NCBI GenBank assembly: GCA_023213395.1
Contig: CM041465.1
Location: forward strand, 249,619,741 to 249,683,740
Direction: 5' to 3'
Length of the DNA stretch: 64,000 nt
Source of the DNA: Cycas panzhihuaensis
Taxonomy: Eukaryota > Plantae > Cycadophyta
In this document: in pieces, positions 1 to 12,761 of the stretch
Layout: every line of letters starts with the position of its first letter
Position numbering within the stretch: position 1 is the stretch's first letter
Program-made: the position numbers and the translations under genes
The notes under the pieces: generated by a model
Seen by the model: only the letters and a program-made list of their open reading frames with translations
The model's database searches: none
What the model was told of the DNA's origin: nothing

Positions 1-3000
1 TGACATAGGGGAACCTTCCAATTTAGGTGCTAAATCTCTTCTATATGCTAAATAAGGTTACAAGGAAACTTCTTGTGAATTTATAAAATGATATTAAGAC
101 TTAGTCTTTGCCTCAAAATATGAATGTCTTGATGGTTTTCTTGTCAAATTATTCTTAGATACTCTTATGGCACAACTCCATTTTGACGTGCTAAAGATAA
201 GCCCCTCTTGTTACCAAGACAATCCTTAATAAGTCTCATACTCTTGATATATTTGAAATTAAAGTTGAAACCAAGCTCATCCCAAAACCTTTCGCTCATA
301 AAGACAAGCCTAAACTTTTGAAGGAACCCAAACCTCTTAAACATGATAAGTTGCTCAACCCTGTCACATTAACACTTTGCAATATAGAATGTAAATTAGG
401 TATCAACAATCAAAATGTTGGACACCAACAAGACTCACCTCAAACTATATTTCTTATTGAAAAATTAATTCCTTCACCTAAAGGATATTGGTCGATGGTT
501 TATATTTCATAGAATGAATAACCATTCTGATGATTATTGCTAGACCTTTCACAAGATAAGGTTTCAAGATTACACACAAACTCAATCCAAATCCAATTTG
601 GATAAACCAATCTATAAGAATCCTTTTCTTGATCACAATAACAACAATAATAGAAGAAGACAACTTTAAATATGAATAATAACAATGCTTTTAAACTTTC
701 ACACCTTTCAAATAAGCAAACCCTTTGTCCAATAATAGGTAAGTAACTCCTTTTAAAGAAGATATCCCTCTTACAAATAAAGGTAAAAGGGTTATTAATT
801 TAGTTAATATTATTGATTCTCACATTGTTGTGAAAAGCTCTTAAAAGTAAATAGGTCTTGGAAGAAGGTTCTTCTTTTTAAAATCCTAAACTACCTACTC
901 TTCCTTAGATTTCCACATGTGGAACATGACTCAATTTTAATTGACCTTTCTTATATAATATTAAGGGTAAATCCTACTCTATGATAGATGCATTACAAAC
1001 TGTTATTGTTAGAATTTTTATATTAGATGTCTATTATTCTTTTCTCAATTAAACTCAATAGCTTTTAGAAGCCTTAGGTATCACTAGAGTAGATCTTAAC
1101 ATAAGAACTTAAACAAGTTATATTAGCTTTGATCCATGAACACTCCTATTGGAAGAATAATGAGTTGAAGACTAATTTTCTCCTTTTTTCATTTTAATTA
1201 AGATTGGAGACCTTTATCTTAATTATGCTTTGGTTGATGATAGCTCATCCATTAACATGATGCCCATGTGATTAATGCCTCTATCTGGTATTTAAGCTTA
1301 TGAAGTAGTCTCTTGGAACTGTAATAACTCAAGCACCAAATCTTAAGGGGTAATCATAGTTCGTATTTTAACTAAAGATAAAATAGTTAATAGTGAAATC
1401 ACTCTCACTGAAAAGCATCTTAACTACAATATCTTGTTGGTTCAACATTAGCTTAACCAAATGGAAGCTGTATATTCTTCCCTCTTTGGAGAGCTCAAAT
1501 ATATTCATGAAGGGAAAGTGTGTACCATAAAATATATGAGAATTCATAATTTTCCTTTGACACAAACTATTCAAAAGTCTCCTCTTGAAATTTAAATCCC
1601 ATCTTTGAGGTTTATACCTTTAGGTTTTGATTCTTATGGAGTCATTCTTTCCAATGAATATGATATTGAGGATGCCTTTGCAAAACTTCCTTTTTGTTCA
1701 ATTATAACTCGATATATTATGTTTTTTATGAAGTTGATCACACACATGGAGTTTTCGCATTCCCTCATTCAATTTTAGATCTTGATACTAATTTCTCTAT
1801 TAAATAAGAGATTGTTGTTGATTCATCTCTCTCTCTTTTTTTTTTTATAGTAATAAAATAGATATCATTAAATTATAAATTTAGATGTAGTACAAGATGT
1901 TAAAGAGCCTAAAGGTCAAGTGGATAGTATCAGAATGAAGATTTTTTAAAAGTTTTTTGTGGAGAGAAGTAAAGTAAGAATTGTGAGACAACCATAACAA
2001 AAAATCCTTCTTTATATACCTAAAAGTCTATTTAAAATATAGGACTATTTTTTGAAAATAAGTTATTGTATGAAATTTTTAAATTTCATGTAAGATAGTC
2101 TTGAGGAGAAGAAACCAAAGATCCATCAAGTGCTAGTGAGATGCGAACCAAATATAAGCCATTGCCTAGATCCTTTTAATTAACCAAGAATGAAGAGGCA
2201 AATGACCATTGTGAATTTTGGTGAAGTCTTGATCTAGGTTAAAGATCTAAAAATCAGTATACCAATGTCTTAGATTGGAGGGCATTACCACTAAATATGA
2301 TTGAAGCTATCATTGTGAGCATTACATACTAGGCAGTAAGATTGGCAATTCATATTCGTTGGTTTACCCTTTGATGATCAAGTATTTCTACTTCTCTTAC
2401 AAGCACCTATTTTAGATGTATAATAAACTTCGAATGGTATTTTTATTAAAAATCCTATGTCATTAAAGAGTATAAACTATGATGACATCTCTCTTATAAC
2501 GATACCACAATAGTTAAGCCATACATATGATATTGATTATTTTGAGAATGATAAAGGATTACAGAGTATATGGATGGATCTTATACAAATCTTCTACCTA
2601 ACCATAATAAGTTAGATTTTCAAAAGTACTTTCATTTATCATCACCTTTATCAATTGGAAAAGGAGTCTTCTCCCCTTCTTATTCATGCCCCTCCTCATT
2701 TTGAGGAAAGTAACATCATGCTTATGGGAGAGAGCACTAATATTAATCTTTTAACTAATGATACTCCTCAGATCAGTAATATTGGAGCAAAATGTATACC
2801 TCTTGATATCTAACAATATACTAAACGTTTTAAGGAATTCATTGATATTTTTACTTGAAATTATACTGATATGCTAGGTATTGACCCTAACATTGTTATC
2901 CATACAATTACTATATATCCTGATTCAAAGCTTTCTCACAAAAAATAAAGGCCTATCTGTCTAAAGCTCTCATCTATAGTTAAGAAATAAATAAAAAAGT

Positions 3001-5495
3001 CCCTTCATGTAGAATTTATCAAATTCATTGATTATCCTACATGGGTATCTAATATTGTACCTATATCTAAAAAGAATGGAATAATTCATATTTGTTCGGA
3101 ATATTAATAAAGATTGCCTAAAATAAAAAATTTCTCTACCCTTTATTAATTAAATTATTAGAAGATTTCTTGATTTTAAAGTCATGTCTCTTATGGATGG
3201 CTTCATCAATTATAATCAAATAATTGACACAAAATAACTTTTATAATACCTTGGGTACCTTTTATTATAAAGTTATACCATTTGGTCTCAAAAATCCAAG
3301 AGTGATGTATCAATGTGTAATGCAAATTATTTTCCATGATTTTATTAATAAGATTATCGGGGTTTATATGGATGATATGTTAGGCTTTTCTAATAAACAT
3401 GTAGATCATATTAATGATCTTCAGGTCATTTTCACTTGCTTATATAAATATTGTATTTGTCTCAATGTTGTTAACTATATATTTATTATAATAATAGGCA
3501 AGCTTTTGTGCTTTTTTGTCTCACATGACGACATTTGTCTTAAACTTGAAAAGGTTAGGGCTATCTTAGAAATGCCATCCCCTCACATAAAAAAATAGAT
3601 TAAATCATAATTAGGATGTCTTGGGTTTCTACAATGTTTCCTTAAGGATTTTACCTTTGTTGTTTATCTTCTTAATGAACTTCTTAGGAAAGACACACCC
3701 TTTATTTGGATGTCAAAAGCCCAACAAGCTTTGGATTAGTTCAAGGAAGCCCTTATGTTTATCACTATTCTCATCCACCATCGCATTGATTGCCCTTTCA
3801 TACTGTATATATTTTCCACCAAAACTTTGTTAGGGGGCATGGTCTCCTAAGAAGACAAGTCAAGTAATGAACATGTTATTTATTTTATCTATCAAACCTT
3901 AGTGGTAGTTGAGCTCAATTATATGCAGATAGAGAAACAATGCATTTCTCTTGTTTTTGCTAAGAAGAAGCTTAGGTATAATCTTTTAGAAAATATTACA
4001 CATATCATAGTCTAAACTAATCCTGTTTGATACTTACTAATAGGGTTAGATTTAATTGGACAATTAGGAAAATGGGCTCTTTTGTTATAGAAATTTGACC
4101 TAGTAATGGTCAATTGTATATCCAAAAAATCATGGTCATAGCTAAGCAATTAGTAGACACGCCCTTACCCAAGCAGGAAAATTGACTTATAGATGATTCA
4201 TTAGTAAACGAATATATTTTCCATATTGATATCACTCAAGTTTGTGATTGGTATAATGATGTTTGCTTCTTGCAAACCCAAGAACTTCGTAGTGATTCTT
4301 CATGTAAGTGTAGACGTAGAATTAGGACTATGAATCGAGACTATGCCCTCATTGATGATGTTCTTTATAAATGCTCTTTTAATGGTGTGCTCTTGAGATG
4401 TCTTAAACTATTAGAAGCCAAAACAACTTTACATGAATGCTATAATAGCATTTGTGGTCGTCACTTTGAGGGACATGCAACTATCCAGCGTATCCTTTGC
4501 ATGGGCTATTATTGGCCCATATCTTTTAAAAGACTCTTATTTTCATGTTCTTAAATGTAAAAAATGGCAAGAGCATAAAAATGTTATTCATCAACCTATG
4601 ATCTCCATTAAGGTTACAATCTCTCCTTGGATTTTTTCTTAATGGGGCTTGAATCTCATTAGAGTTATTACCCTTGTGCTAGTGCTAGTAGGAGGGTATA
4701 AATTCATCCTTACAACTACAAAATATTTTATGAAATGTGTTAAAGATATTATACTTTCCTCTACTATAGGAAAAGCTATAAGTTCTTTTATTTTTAACTA
4801 AATCATTTATCAATTTAGGATTTCTAATATAATTGTTACTGAGAATAGATCCCCATTTTGCAACAAAGATGTTGATTAACTTTATGAAAAATTCCACATC
4901 ACACATAGGACTTCTTCTCCTTAATACCCATTAGCAAATTATCAAGTTGAAGCTTCTAATAAGAATTTGATAAAGATTCTCTCAAGAATAGTTTCTAATT
5001 CTTAACATGACTAGCACATATAATTGTATCCTACTCTTTAGGCTTATAGAACATCCATTCATATTGTTGTTTAGATGATCCCATTCGCACTCATTTATGG
5101 TATAGAAGTAATTCTTCGACTAGAAGTTGAAATCATTTCATTATACATATTATTAAAAGAATTCGCTAATGAGGGCTGGATTCAATAGGACATATTTTAG
5201 AATTGGAACAAATGGATGAAATTAAATTTCAATCTCATAAAAAAATCTTGTCTTTAAGTAGAAAAACTATCTTACTCGTGATTGTAAGTTATATTTAAGA
5301 ATTTTTGTTCTTAGAGATAAAGTCCTTAACTTGGAATATTTACATGATAAACTTCATAAATATTAACCTAAGTAGGTAGGACCATTCATTTTTCTTAAAG
5401 ATTTTAAAAATGGGGCCTAAAGATTTAGTATAATAGAAGGACTCAAGTTTGAAAAGTTTGTCAACTCATAATTCCTTCACAAATATTATGTATGG
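1..5495 (+). mobile_element. Decayed Ty3/Gypsy non-chromovirus (Tat/Ogre-like) internal region; 5' part outside the window, LTRs not found
   Basis: Protease NYALVDDSSSINMMP at ~1220-1265. RT pieces F(T)*NYTDMLGIDP at ~2850 and YKVIPFGLKN/VYMDDML in ORF 3224-3598. RNase H at 3830-4100. Integrase zinc finger and core (LHEC...CGRHF, GYYWP, YRTSIH) at 4270-5495. Many stops and frameshifts. Confidence 0.9.
1836..2357 (-). mobile_element. 5'-truncated L1-type LINE (3' end of ORF2) inserted in the Gypsy
   Basis: T11 tract at 1836-1846 (poly(A) on the minus strand). Minus strand 2345-2265 reads CQSYCLVCNAHNDSFNHI*W*CP, the zf-RVT CCHC motif. Degenerate TSD-like pair gttgattcatctct (1817-1830) / gttggtttaccctt (2358-2371). 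Confidence 0.75.
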
Positions 5496-5607
5496 TCCAT
5501 CATAAGCCACTTCCTTTACAATAAGAGTAAATTATAGACCTAAAAATTTAATTGCCAAAAAGCATAAACTATGGTAAGTCCCATACACTCCCACATGAGT
5601 ATAAATT

Positions 5608-5610
<3 letters not shown>

Positions 5611-5698
<88 letters not shown>
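5611..5698. repeat. (AT)44 microsatellite
   Basis: Perfect AT dinucleotide run. Confidence 0.99.
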
Positions 5699-5701
<3 letters not shown>

Positions 5702-8550
5702 GAAGTAGCATAAAGGGGATATTCACATCACATATATTGCATATGTATCCTTTTGATGATAAAAAATCTAAATAATATACATGTATAAACAACCTAAAAA
5801 GTGGTACATTAGTATATCATGTTGATGGCCTTATCCTTTCATGTGTATATATATTATATGCTTATATGAGATATCTCACACCCTAGTACTCACAAAGTGG
5901 GTCCATCTCCAACTTATGATCCCCACTTTCTACTCCTAGTTCTTTTTCTAGGTATCTACTACTATCTACTAGATGAACTCATATAGGGGGATGTTATCAA
6001 TAGCTTCTTATATGTAGTAGGTCCTCTTCCTCACGCTCATACACATATGGGAATATAGAATCTAAAGCATGTCTTATCATAATCCCATCAATCATCTCTA
6101 CATTTTCACATAATAGAAAATTTAAGTATTAATTAGTCATTCCATAAAGGTTAAAAAAATATATCAATAAATTCAACTAAAAAATATAAGAAGTAGAAAT
6201 GTTGCATACCATCATCATCACTAGACTCTACTTCCACCTAATTAGCCATAATCTCTTAAGATATTATTGATATATTAGGGCTTTCACCATGTCTTTTAGG
6301 CCTTAGACCTCCTTGTCCCTTGGCTTAATTATTGCGACCTCTCCTACCTTATGGTATTTCCCTTATACATCCCTCCCTATAAACTATACCTAAATCCTTA
6401 TTAATTGGGTCCTTCTTACCTAAATCCTAGCATATCTCTGTGTATGGATCTACTATCTTATCTCCTAGTTGTATTATATCCAAGCCAGGGGCATGAACAC
6501 TATTTTTTTGCCTCCTAAATTGGCAAGATCTACTGCACCAGTTCATATTGGGCTCATTAATCTCCAAAAATCCTATCTCCATATAAGGAGTTATATCTAG
6601 AAACTTATCAAATATAATTATGTCTAACTGATGGCATATATTGTTAAGAATTAATAATTCATAGTTTAACTGTACTCTAGTCTTACACCCCCAAATTATG
6701 GTTGTCCATCCCGTTGCACCTACATGTAGTTTTGTCTATGGGTAATCCTAAAAACAAGCATAAGACTAATTATCCTTCATGCTAATGGCATGCTTCTTGC
6801 TTCCATGATCTCACTCACACTCACTCTTACAGGTTCGCTTTTGCTCGAGCCCCAATGACTTACTATAGACTCAATAAGACCACCTCCTCACTAGTACAAG
6901 ACAACCCTAATATCTTCTAAATCTCTCTATATGTAATCATGACATCATACTATCTCTTAAGATAGAAGACATAACAAACTAGATCCTTGTGCCTTACTAA
7001 ATCTACCATCAGAGCACCATCTGTCCATAACTACATAAAGTAGCATGCTTAAAATAGACCACATTATCTCAAAATGACTCTGTTTACATTTATCATTTGG
7101 CTCATTAAAGTAAATAAATATACTTCCAAAGTTTTCCTATTGAATATCTCTTGAAGCATTTGCACAAAAATCATGATATATGTGTCGATTTGTAGTGTTA
7201 CATCAATGAAAAATTAAAAATAAAAAGCAAAAAGGTTAAAATTCTCTCATAAAACTTATGCTACAACTAATATGACCTAATTTTCAATATACAACATGTA
7301 TTTGCCTGTCTTATAAAAAATCTAAAACTCAAAAGATTATCTATATAAATAAAGCTTTGATCAAATAGAGTTATTTAACACTAGTCAATCCCTCAGTTTC
7401 AAAAGAAATAGGAACTGATTTGGTCTTGTTATACCCATTTTTCATGAAAATGGAGACTTAAAGTTATAAATCCCAAAAAACTCTTTAATATCATAAAAAA
7501 CTTAAAAATAAAAAGTTTTAAGTTAGTTTTCTTACCAAATATGGTCTTGTTTATGCCATCATCAAAATTTGGTCTTAATGAAACTGTTTGTACAAGAATT
7601 TGACACTCCTAACTCAAGGTACAAGCAAAACTACTCTTAGAGATCTTCAACACCTATCTTACACAGTATAAATGAATCAAAATTTGTGAGATAAGTAATA
7701 TATATAAATCATTTTTATACTCTACCATGAGCATAGATTAGACACTTACATAACTTTGCTTTTTCATATATATTATTTGTTTACAATACATTTTGCACTT
7801 ACATTTGTGTTTAATATCAAGAAATGAGTTTTTCAATATTGATTCATCGATTGCTATCATTTATGCACTTCATACATTGATATTATAACATGCATCTCAA
7901 GACTTATTTAGAAGATATTCGTGTTTATATTTGAAAGCCCTTATTTTAAATATTGAATTCAAATAGGCTTATAGTTTTTATTCTAATATTCTTCTTAAAA
8001 TTTTCCTTGTTGGTGCTACACTTATCTTTGCTCCTTAGTCATTGCAATGCCTTATTTCCACACATTGGATTAACACTTTGTGCTCTCATTACATTTACTA
8101 GTGTGATCTTTCATAATCTCTACAACATAGGACCACTTAGACTACTTGGTCACACCTTGGCCTTCCCTAATTCAAGTTCAGAATTCTCATTTGATTAGAA
8201 GGCTCTTCAAATTTCTATAGCTTGGATTAATAGGGTTATTATTTGAGGTTTTATTGACTTCATGTTTTGCTAAATATGCATATAGCTAATATACTCTAAA
8301 TGGCATGCATTCTTAAATGGATTGATTTCTTCTCACTCAAATTCAAAGATAATAATCATATACAAAATACAAAGATTATATAAAACTCGTTAATGGGTTT
8401 AACGGTGATTACTTTCTAGGTTTCATTATCATTCATTAGATTGTAGACTTGTTTTGATATACAAAAAAAAGAGTAATAGCTCTAAAAAGAGAGAGAGAGA
8501 GAAAAAAAGAAAGAGAAAAGAGTTCTCTTATATTTTTTAGCATGTTGATT

Positions 8551-8715
8551 GGTTCAATAGTGACTAGTTTATGAGTCTCACATTATTATTCATTGAACTA
8601 TTGACCTCTAAGTGACCACACACATGTATGAACACATCCACGGGTTCAATGGTGACTAGTTCATAGGTTTCAGGTTGTCATTCATTGAATTGTAGACTTA
8701 TTTGACTACACACAT
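8551..8715. repeat. Degenerate tandem duplication, ~92-bp period
   Basis: ggttcaat(a/g)gtgactagtt...ttcattgaa...gac(c/t)acacacat occurs at 8551 and 8643. Confidence 0.7.
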
Positions 8716-8744
8716 CACCTTGACCAACAAGTTTAGTGGTGTCT

Positions 8745-11412
8745 TGTAAGGGTTCGACCTTGATTCAACTTGATCTTCTATCTTTCTTGGATATGTTACT
8801 TCTCGAACTATGTATGTATATGAAGTCTCCTACATTCGATAGCCTTGTTCAGATGTAAACTCTTTTCACTTCAAAGCTTTGTTCACCTTATGTAAGGTGA
8901 ATCCTTATTTCGTGTTGGAGGGTGCACTATTTAGTTTTGTTCATTAAGATAAATAGTTTGTTTGTGTTATGTAATGTTACAAGGTGTTACACTTCCTCTA
9001 ACACATTGAATGATGTAATGTCTATATTATTGTAGCTTATATAATATAAAAGCCAACCATATTTCTTGTATGGTTAGTATAGAAGGGGGAGTACATGATA
9101 TGAATAAAGGAGGAATAAGGACACAAAATAAATATAAGGGTAGATGCTAGGTTCAAAGATCCACATAATATCCTTAGGATTCAAGAGCTCAGTTGATAGA
9201 GGCATAAACTTTACAAAGAATGATTTTATTAAGTGGAAGAGTAGGTTTCCAACATTTTAGTAAGTGGTGAATCACAAAAAATAGATATCAAAATAAAAAA
9301 ATATAAGGGTTTGAAGAAAATAGTTTAAGTCTCATTGAGCAAAAGACTCTTCATAACTTCACAAATGGATTATCAAAAGATGAAACCTAGCACATTCGAG
9401 TGTGAAATTATGGAAATAAAGGGAATACCTCACAATCTTACAAATAAACCTATGAGAATAAATAATTTCTTAAAAGCTTGCAAAAATAAGGAGACGAAAG
9501 ACCTACGCCATTCTACTTATGATTCTCTTACTGGTTAACAAAACCACACTAAACTAGCCTTGTTGGAATCATAATAAAAGCACCCAAATATTTGGATAGT
9601 AAGGATCATTAAGAAACTCATAATATGGAGGTATTTTTTGTAAGTTAGACATGGTAGGCAATTGATAGCCATTTTCAAACAGTAATAATTAAAAGCATTC
9701 TATAGCCACCATAGCTCATATTTCCTCCATGGAGCCTTAATGGTGCTAATAGTAAGGAATCTACTAACTCTGAAAAGTAAAAAAGTTTGGATAACAAAGG
9801 TAGTTAATAGAAGAGAGGAGACAAATGCAATGATCAAAAGAGAGGAGACAAAGGCAGTGAGCAGAAGAGAGGAGATAAAGGTGGTGAGCAAAGGAGAGCT
9901 TAGAGGACTTGGAGAATGCAGAGAACTTGGGTACATTTTTGAAGTTAGTGAAAAAGTAATATGACTCAAGAAGTTTGATTTTCTTTAAGGAAAGTACATT
10001 GTTATGTGGAGAAAAGAAGCTAGAATATTAGATTTAGTTTGATGGTTTGAGGATCATCATTTGTTAAGTAGCTTGCATGAGATTTTATAGCTTAGTAATA
10101 TGACACTAGAGATAAATATCTAATCTAGTTTTGCATACTCATGTTTGGCCATCTATTAATCAACTTATATGAGATTTCCATATCCTAGGAATATTGCTTT
10201 TAGAGGTAATTATATAGATTGCTATTGTATTTTCTAGGTGACTATTACCATCCTGTGAAAGGGCATGATTAGATTATGCTATGAATGTGTGATAGAACTG
10301 CTACTTTAATCCTATTGGACTACTTGATTGGTGCTAAATTATAGCCTGGTTATTTTTATATATATGAGGATTGAGTGAGTGCCGTATATTTTGTTTATAT
10401 AGTTTGAGATAAGGTTGAGTGAGTCCCCTATGCTTTGGTTATACAATTTGAGATAGAGTTGAGTGAGACCCTATACTCTAGTTATACAATTTGAGATAGG
10501 GTTGAGTAAGTCCCTTAATCTCTAGTTATTTTTACATGCACAAGGGTTAAGTAAATCCCCTTTGATTAATTTTACATGCATAAGAGTTGAGTGAGTCCCC
10601 TCTAGTTATTTTCTATGAATGAGTAAATGCTCGTATGGTATGGATTGCTACTTTATGCTTAGATAGGTTGTATGGTATGAAACACACTCCTTATATATAT
10701 AAGAGCTAGTGATCATACATGTAGTTGAGTGTGGCATGAAACATCTTCATGTGTTGCGAAGTATAAGACACGTGTGGTCAGTGTAAGGTAGTCTAATAAG
10801 ATTGATCAAACAAGGATCCATATATGGTATGGAATTTCTAGTTATATTTTGAAGAATGAGTAAAGTGTGGAAATATGAAATATCATAACTAAAAATAAAA
10901 TATTATAGTAGTGATTGAAAGATTGTAGCAGTAACTATTTATATATTTGTATTCTAAAGAAGTATTCTGTAAAGAGGGATAGTTAGGGATTGAGTAAAGA
11001 GTGAATTACTAGCATTGCAATATTTGTATCATGTACTCTAGCTTAGAGGTGATTTCCTACTCAAGATTTTGATTGGTTGGGTATTGAACCTATTTGAGTA
11101 ATTTGGTGGGTTCTTCCCCTTTGTATGTATTACTTATACACTGTCTCATTGGAGAATATAAAACTATAATCTCTTTTATTTTTTCATATGCTATTATAAG
11201 CAAAGAAATCTATTTATAAGTGTATGAGCACCCCTATTCACTTGGATTTATTGCATTCTTTGGGCAAAGGTTTCTAGTGTGCATGTATTATTTTGATTTC
11301 AAATTTCACAATTTTAAATTTTAGACAATTTGATACTGCCTTGTTGAGTAACTCAAGTGAGTTCCGTTGAGGTGAAGTCATGACCACCTTATATTTTAGA
11401 GGGGCTATGACA
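8745..11412 (+). mobile_element. 5' LTR (~2.67 kb) of a chromovirus-type Gypsy
   Basis: TGTAA...ATGACA termini. Colinear similarity along its whole length to 43200-45928. Followed by a PBS-like motif. Confidence 0.85.
10368..10615. repeat. ~41-bp tandem repeat inside the LTR
   Basis: Unit ggttgagtgagtcccctatgctctagttatacaatttgagata, about 6-7 copies. Same array at 44822-45110. Confidence 0.9.
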
Positions 11413-11414
11413 AT

Positions 11415-11425
11415 TGATATTAGAG
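11415..11425 (+). promoter_or_regulatory. Decayed tRNA-iMet primer-binding site
   Basis: tgatattagag versus TGGTATCAGAG, 2 nt after the LTR-terminal CA. Confidence 0.75.
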
Positions 11426-11516
11426 TAGCTGGGTTTAAAAGCTAATAAAAATTCACCAAAATAGCCAAATTTGAAGCCTACATACTAGGAGAGAAATTGA
11501 TAAAGAGCTTTTGATT

Positions 11517-11720
11517 TGGAAGCTTATAAAGAATTTAGTATAGAGTTGGTTTGAAGCTCATAAAGAACTTAATAAAGTTTGTTTGAAGTTGGTAAAGAAC
11601 TTAATAAAGTTGGTAAAGAATTTAATAAAGTTGGTTCAAAGCTAGTAAAGAACTTCATAGAGTTGGTTTAAAGCTAGTAAAGAACTTAATAAAGTTGGCT
11701 TAAAGCTTTGTTTGAAGCTT
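11517..11720. repeat. ~33-bp tandem repeat in the element leader
   Basis: Repeated aagct(a/c)(g/a)taaagaacttaataaagttggttt. Confidence 0.85.
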
Positions 11721-12149
11721 ATAGGGTTGAAAGCATATGAAAAGTTTTTAGAGCATGGTTTAAGTTTAAATAAAATAGAGCAACATATTTGGAAGCTTAC
11801 CAAGAGATCATAAGAGATTAACTTTAAGCTTATAACATTGGCAGATTATTGTTAGTATTTCATATGCTATAACATGAACAAATTGCTATTAGGGTTTCCT
11901 AAGTTATAACTTTAGTAGAATGCTACTATGATTCCTTAAGTTGTACTCTTAATAGAATTACTACCAAGATTCTATAAGTTATGTTATTGATAGACTGCTA
12001 CTAATATTTCATAGGTTGTTAGGGTATTATAAGTTGCAATCTTGATAAATTGTTATTACGATTTCATAAATTGAAGCTTAATAGGTTGCTAAATTAAAAC
12101 ACAAATGTACAAAGTGTCAATCACTTAATTTAAGCAAAAAATAGAGAGA

Positions 12150-12761
12150 ATGAGGGATGATAAAATGACACCTCAAGAGGACCAAGGAGGTCCAAACTTT
12201 GAAGAAATAGAAACAAAAGAAGTTCCAAGGCAGAGAATGCATATATACTTATATTTTAATAGCTTTCATAGAAATTATTCATAATTTGTAAGAACAATTG
12301 AGGAGATACAAGGAAGATAATGAGAGAATTTTAAGAAGACATAGAGAAATGTTTCATATAAACCTAAGGATCATTGAACAAGAAAGGATAAAAGGAATAA
12401 CTAAGAACATATGAAGTAATGCTAACAAGAATGGAAGATCACAAGAAACGTTGACTCATTGATATAAAAGTAGAAGAACCAAAAGATGAATTAATGATAG
12501 GAGTGTGGATAATAGATATAAAGGAATTGAACAATCCAACGAGACTCCAAGGACAAGACCGAGAAAGCATAGAGTAAGAAGGAGAAACTTTATACCTCCA
12601 TGATAGGAGCAAGGTGTAAAGGATTTCAATTAGCCTTAAGATAACCCAAGAAACTTGGGTGAAGTTGGATGCTACTAATGTAATTAGTAAGAACATTATG
12701 CTTCCAATTATCCACAAAAATTAAGTATAGGAGGAGTAGCCCATAACATGGAGCTACAACC
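12150..12761 (+). pseudogene. Probable chromovirus gag remnant; continues at 22171 once Copia A is removed
   Basis: Lies downstream of the PBS and is purine-rich and coding-like. The reading ELQP|MMIDEV is restored across the Copia A TSD. Confidence 0.5.

Noticed and set aside
5532-5792. ORF with a YIYIYI run
   Set aside because: Translation of the (AT)n microsatellite.
6180-7050. Possible plant-mobile-domain extra ORF after the first Gypsy (YGSTILS motif at ~6445)
   Set aside because: Only one weak motif and too decayed to support by eye.
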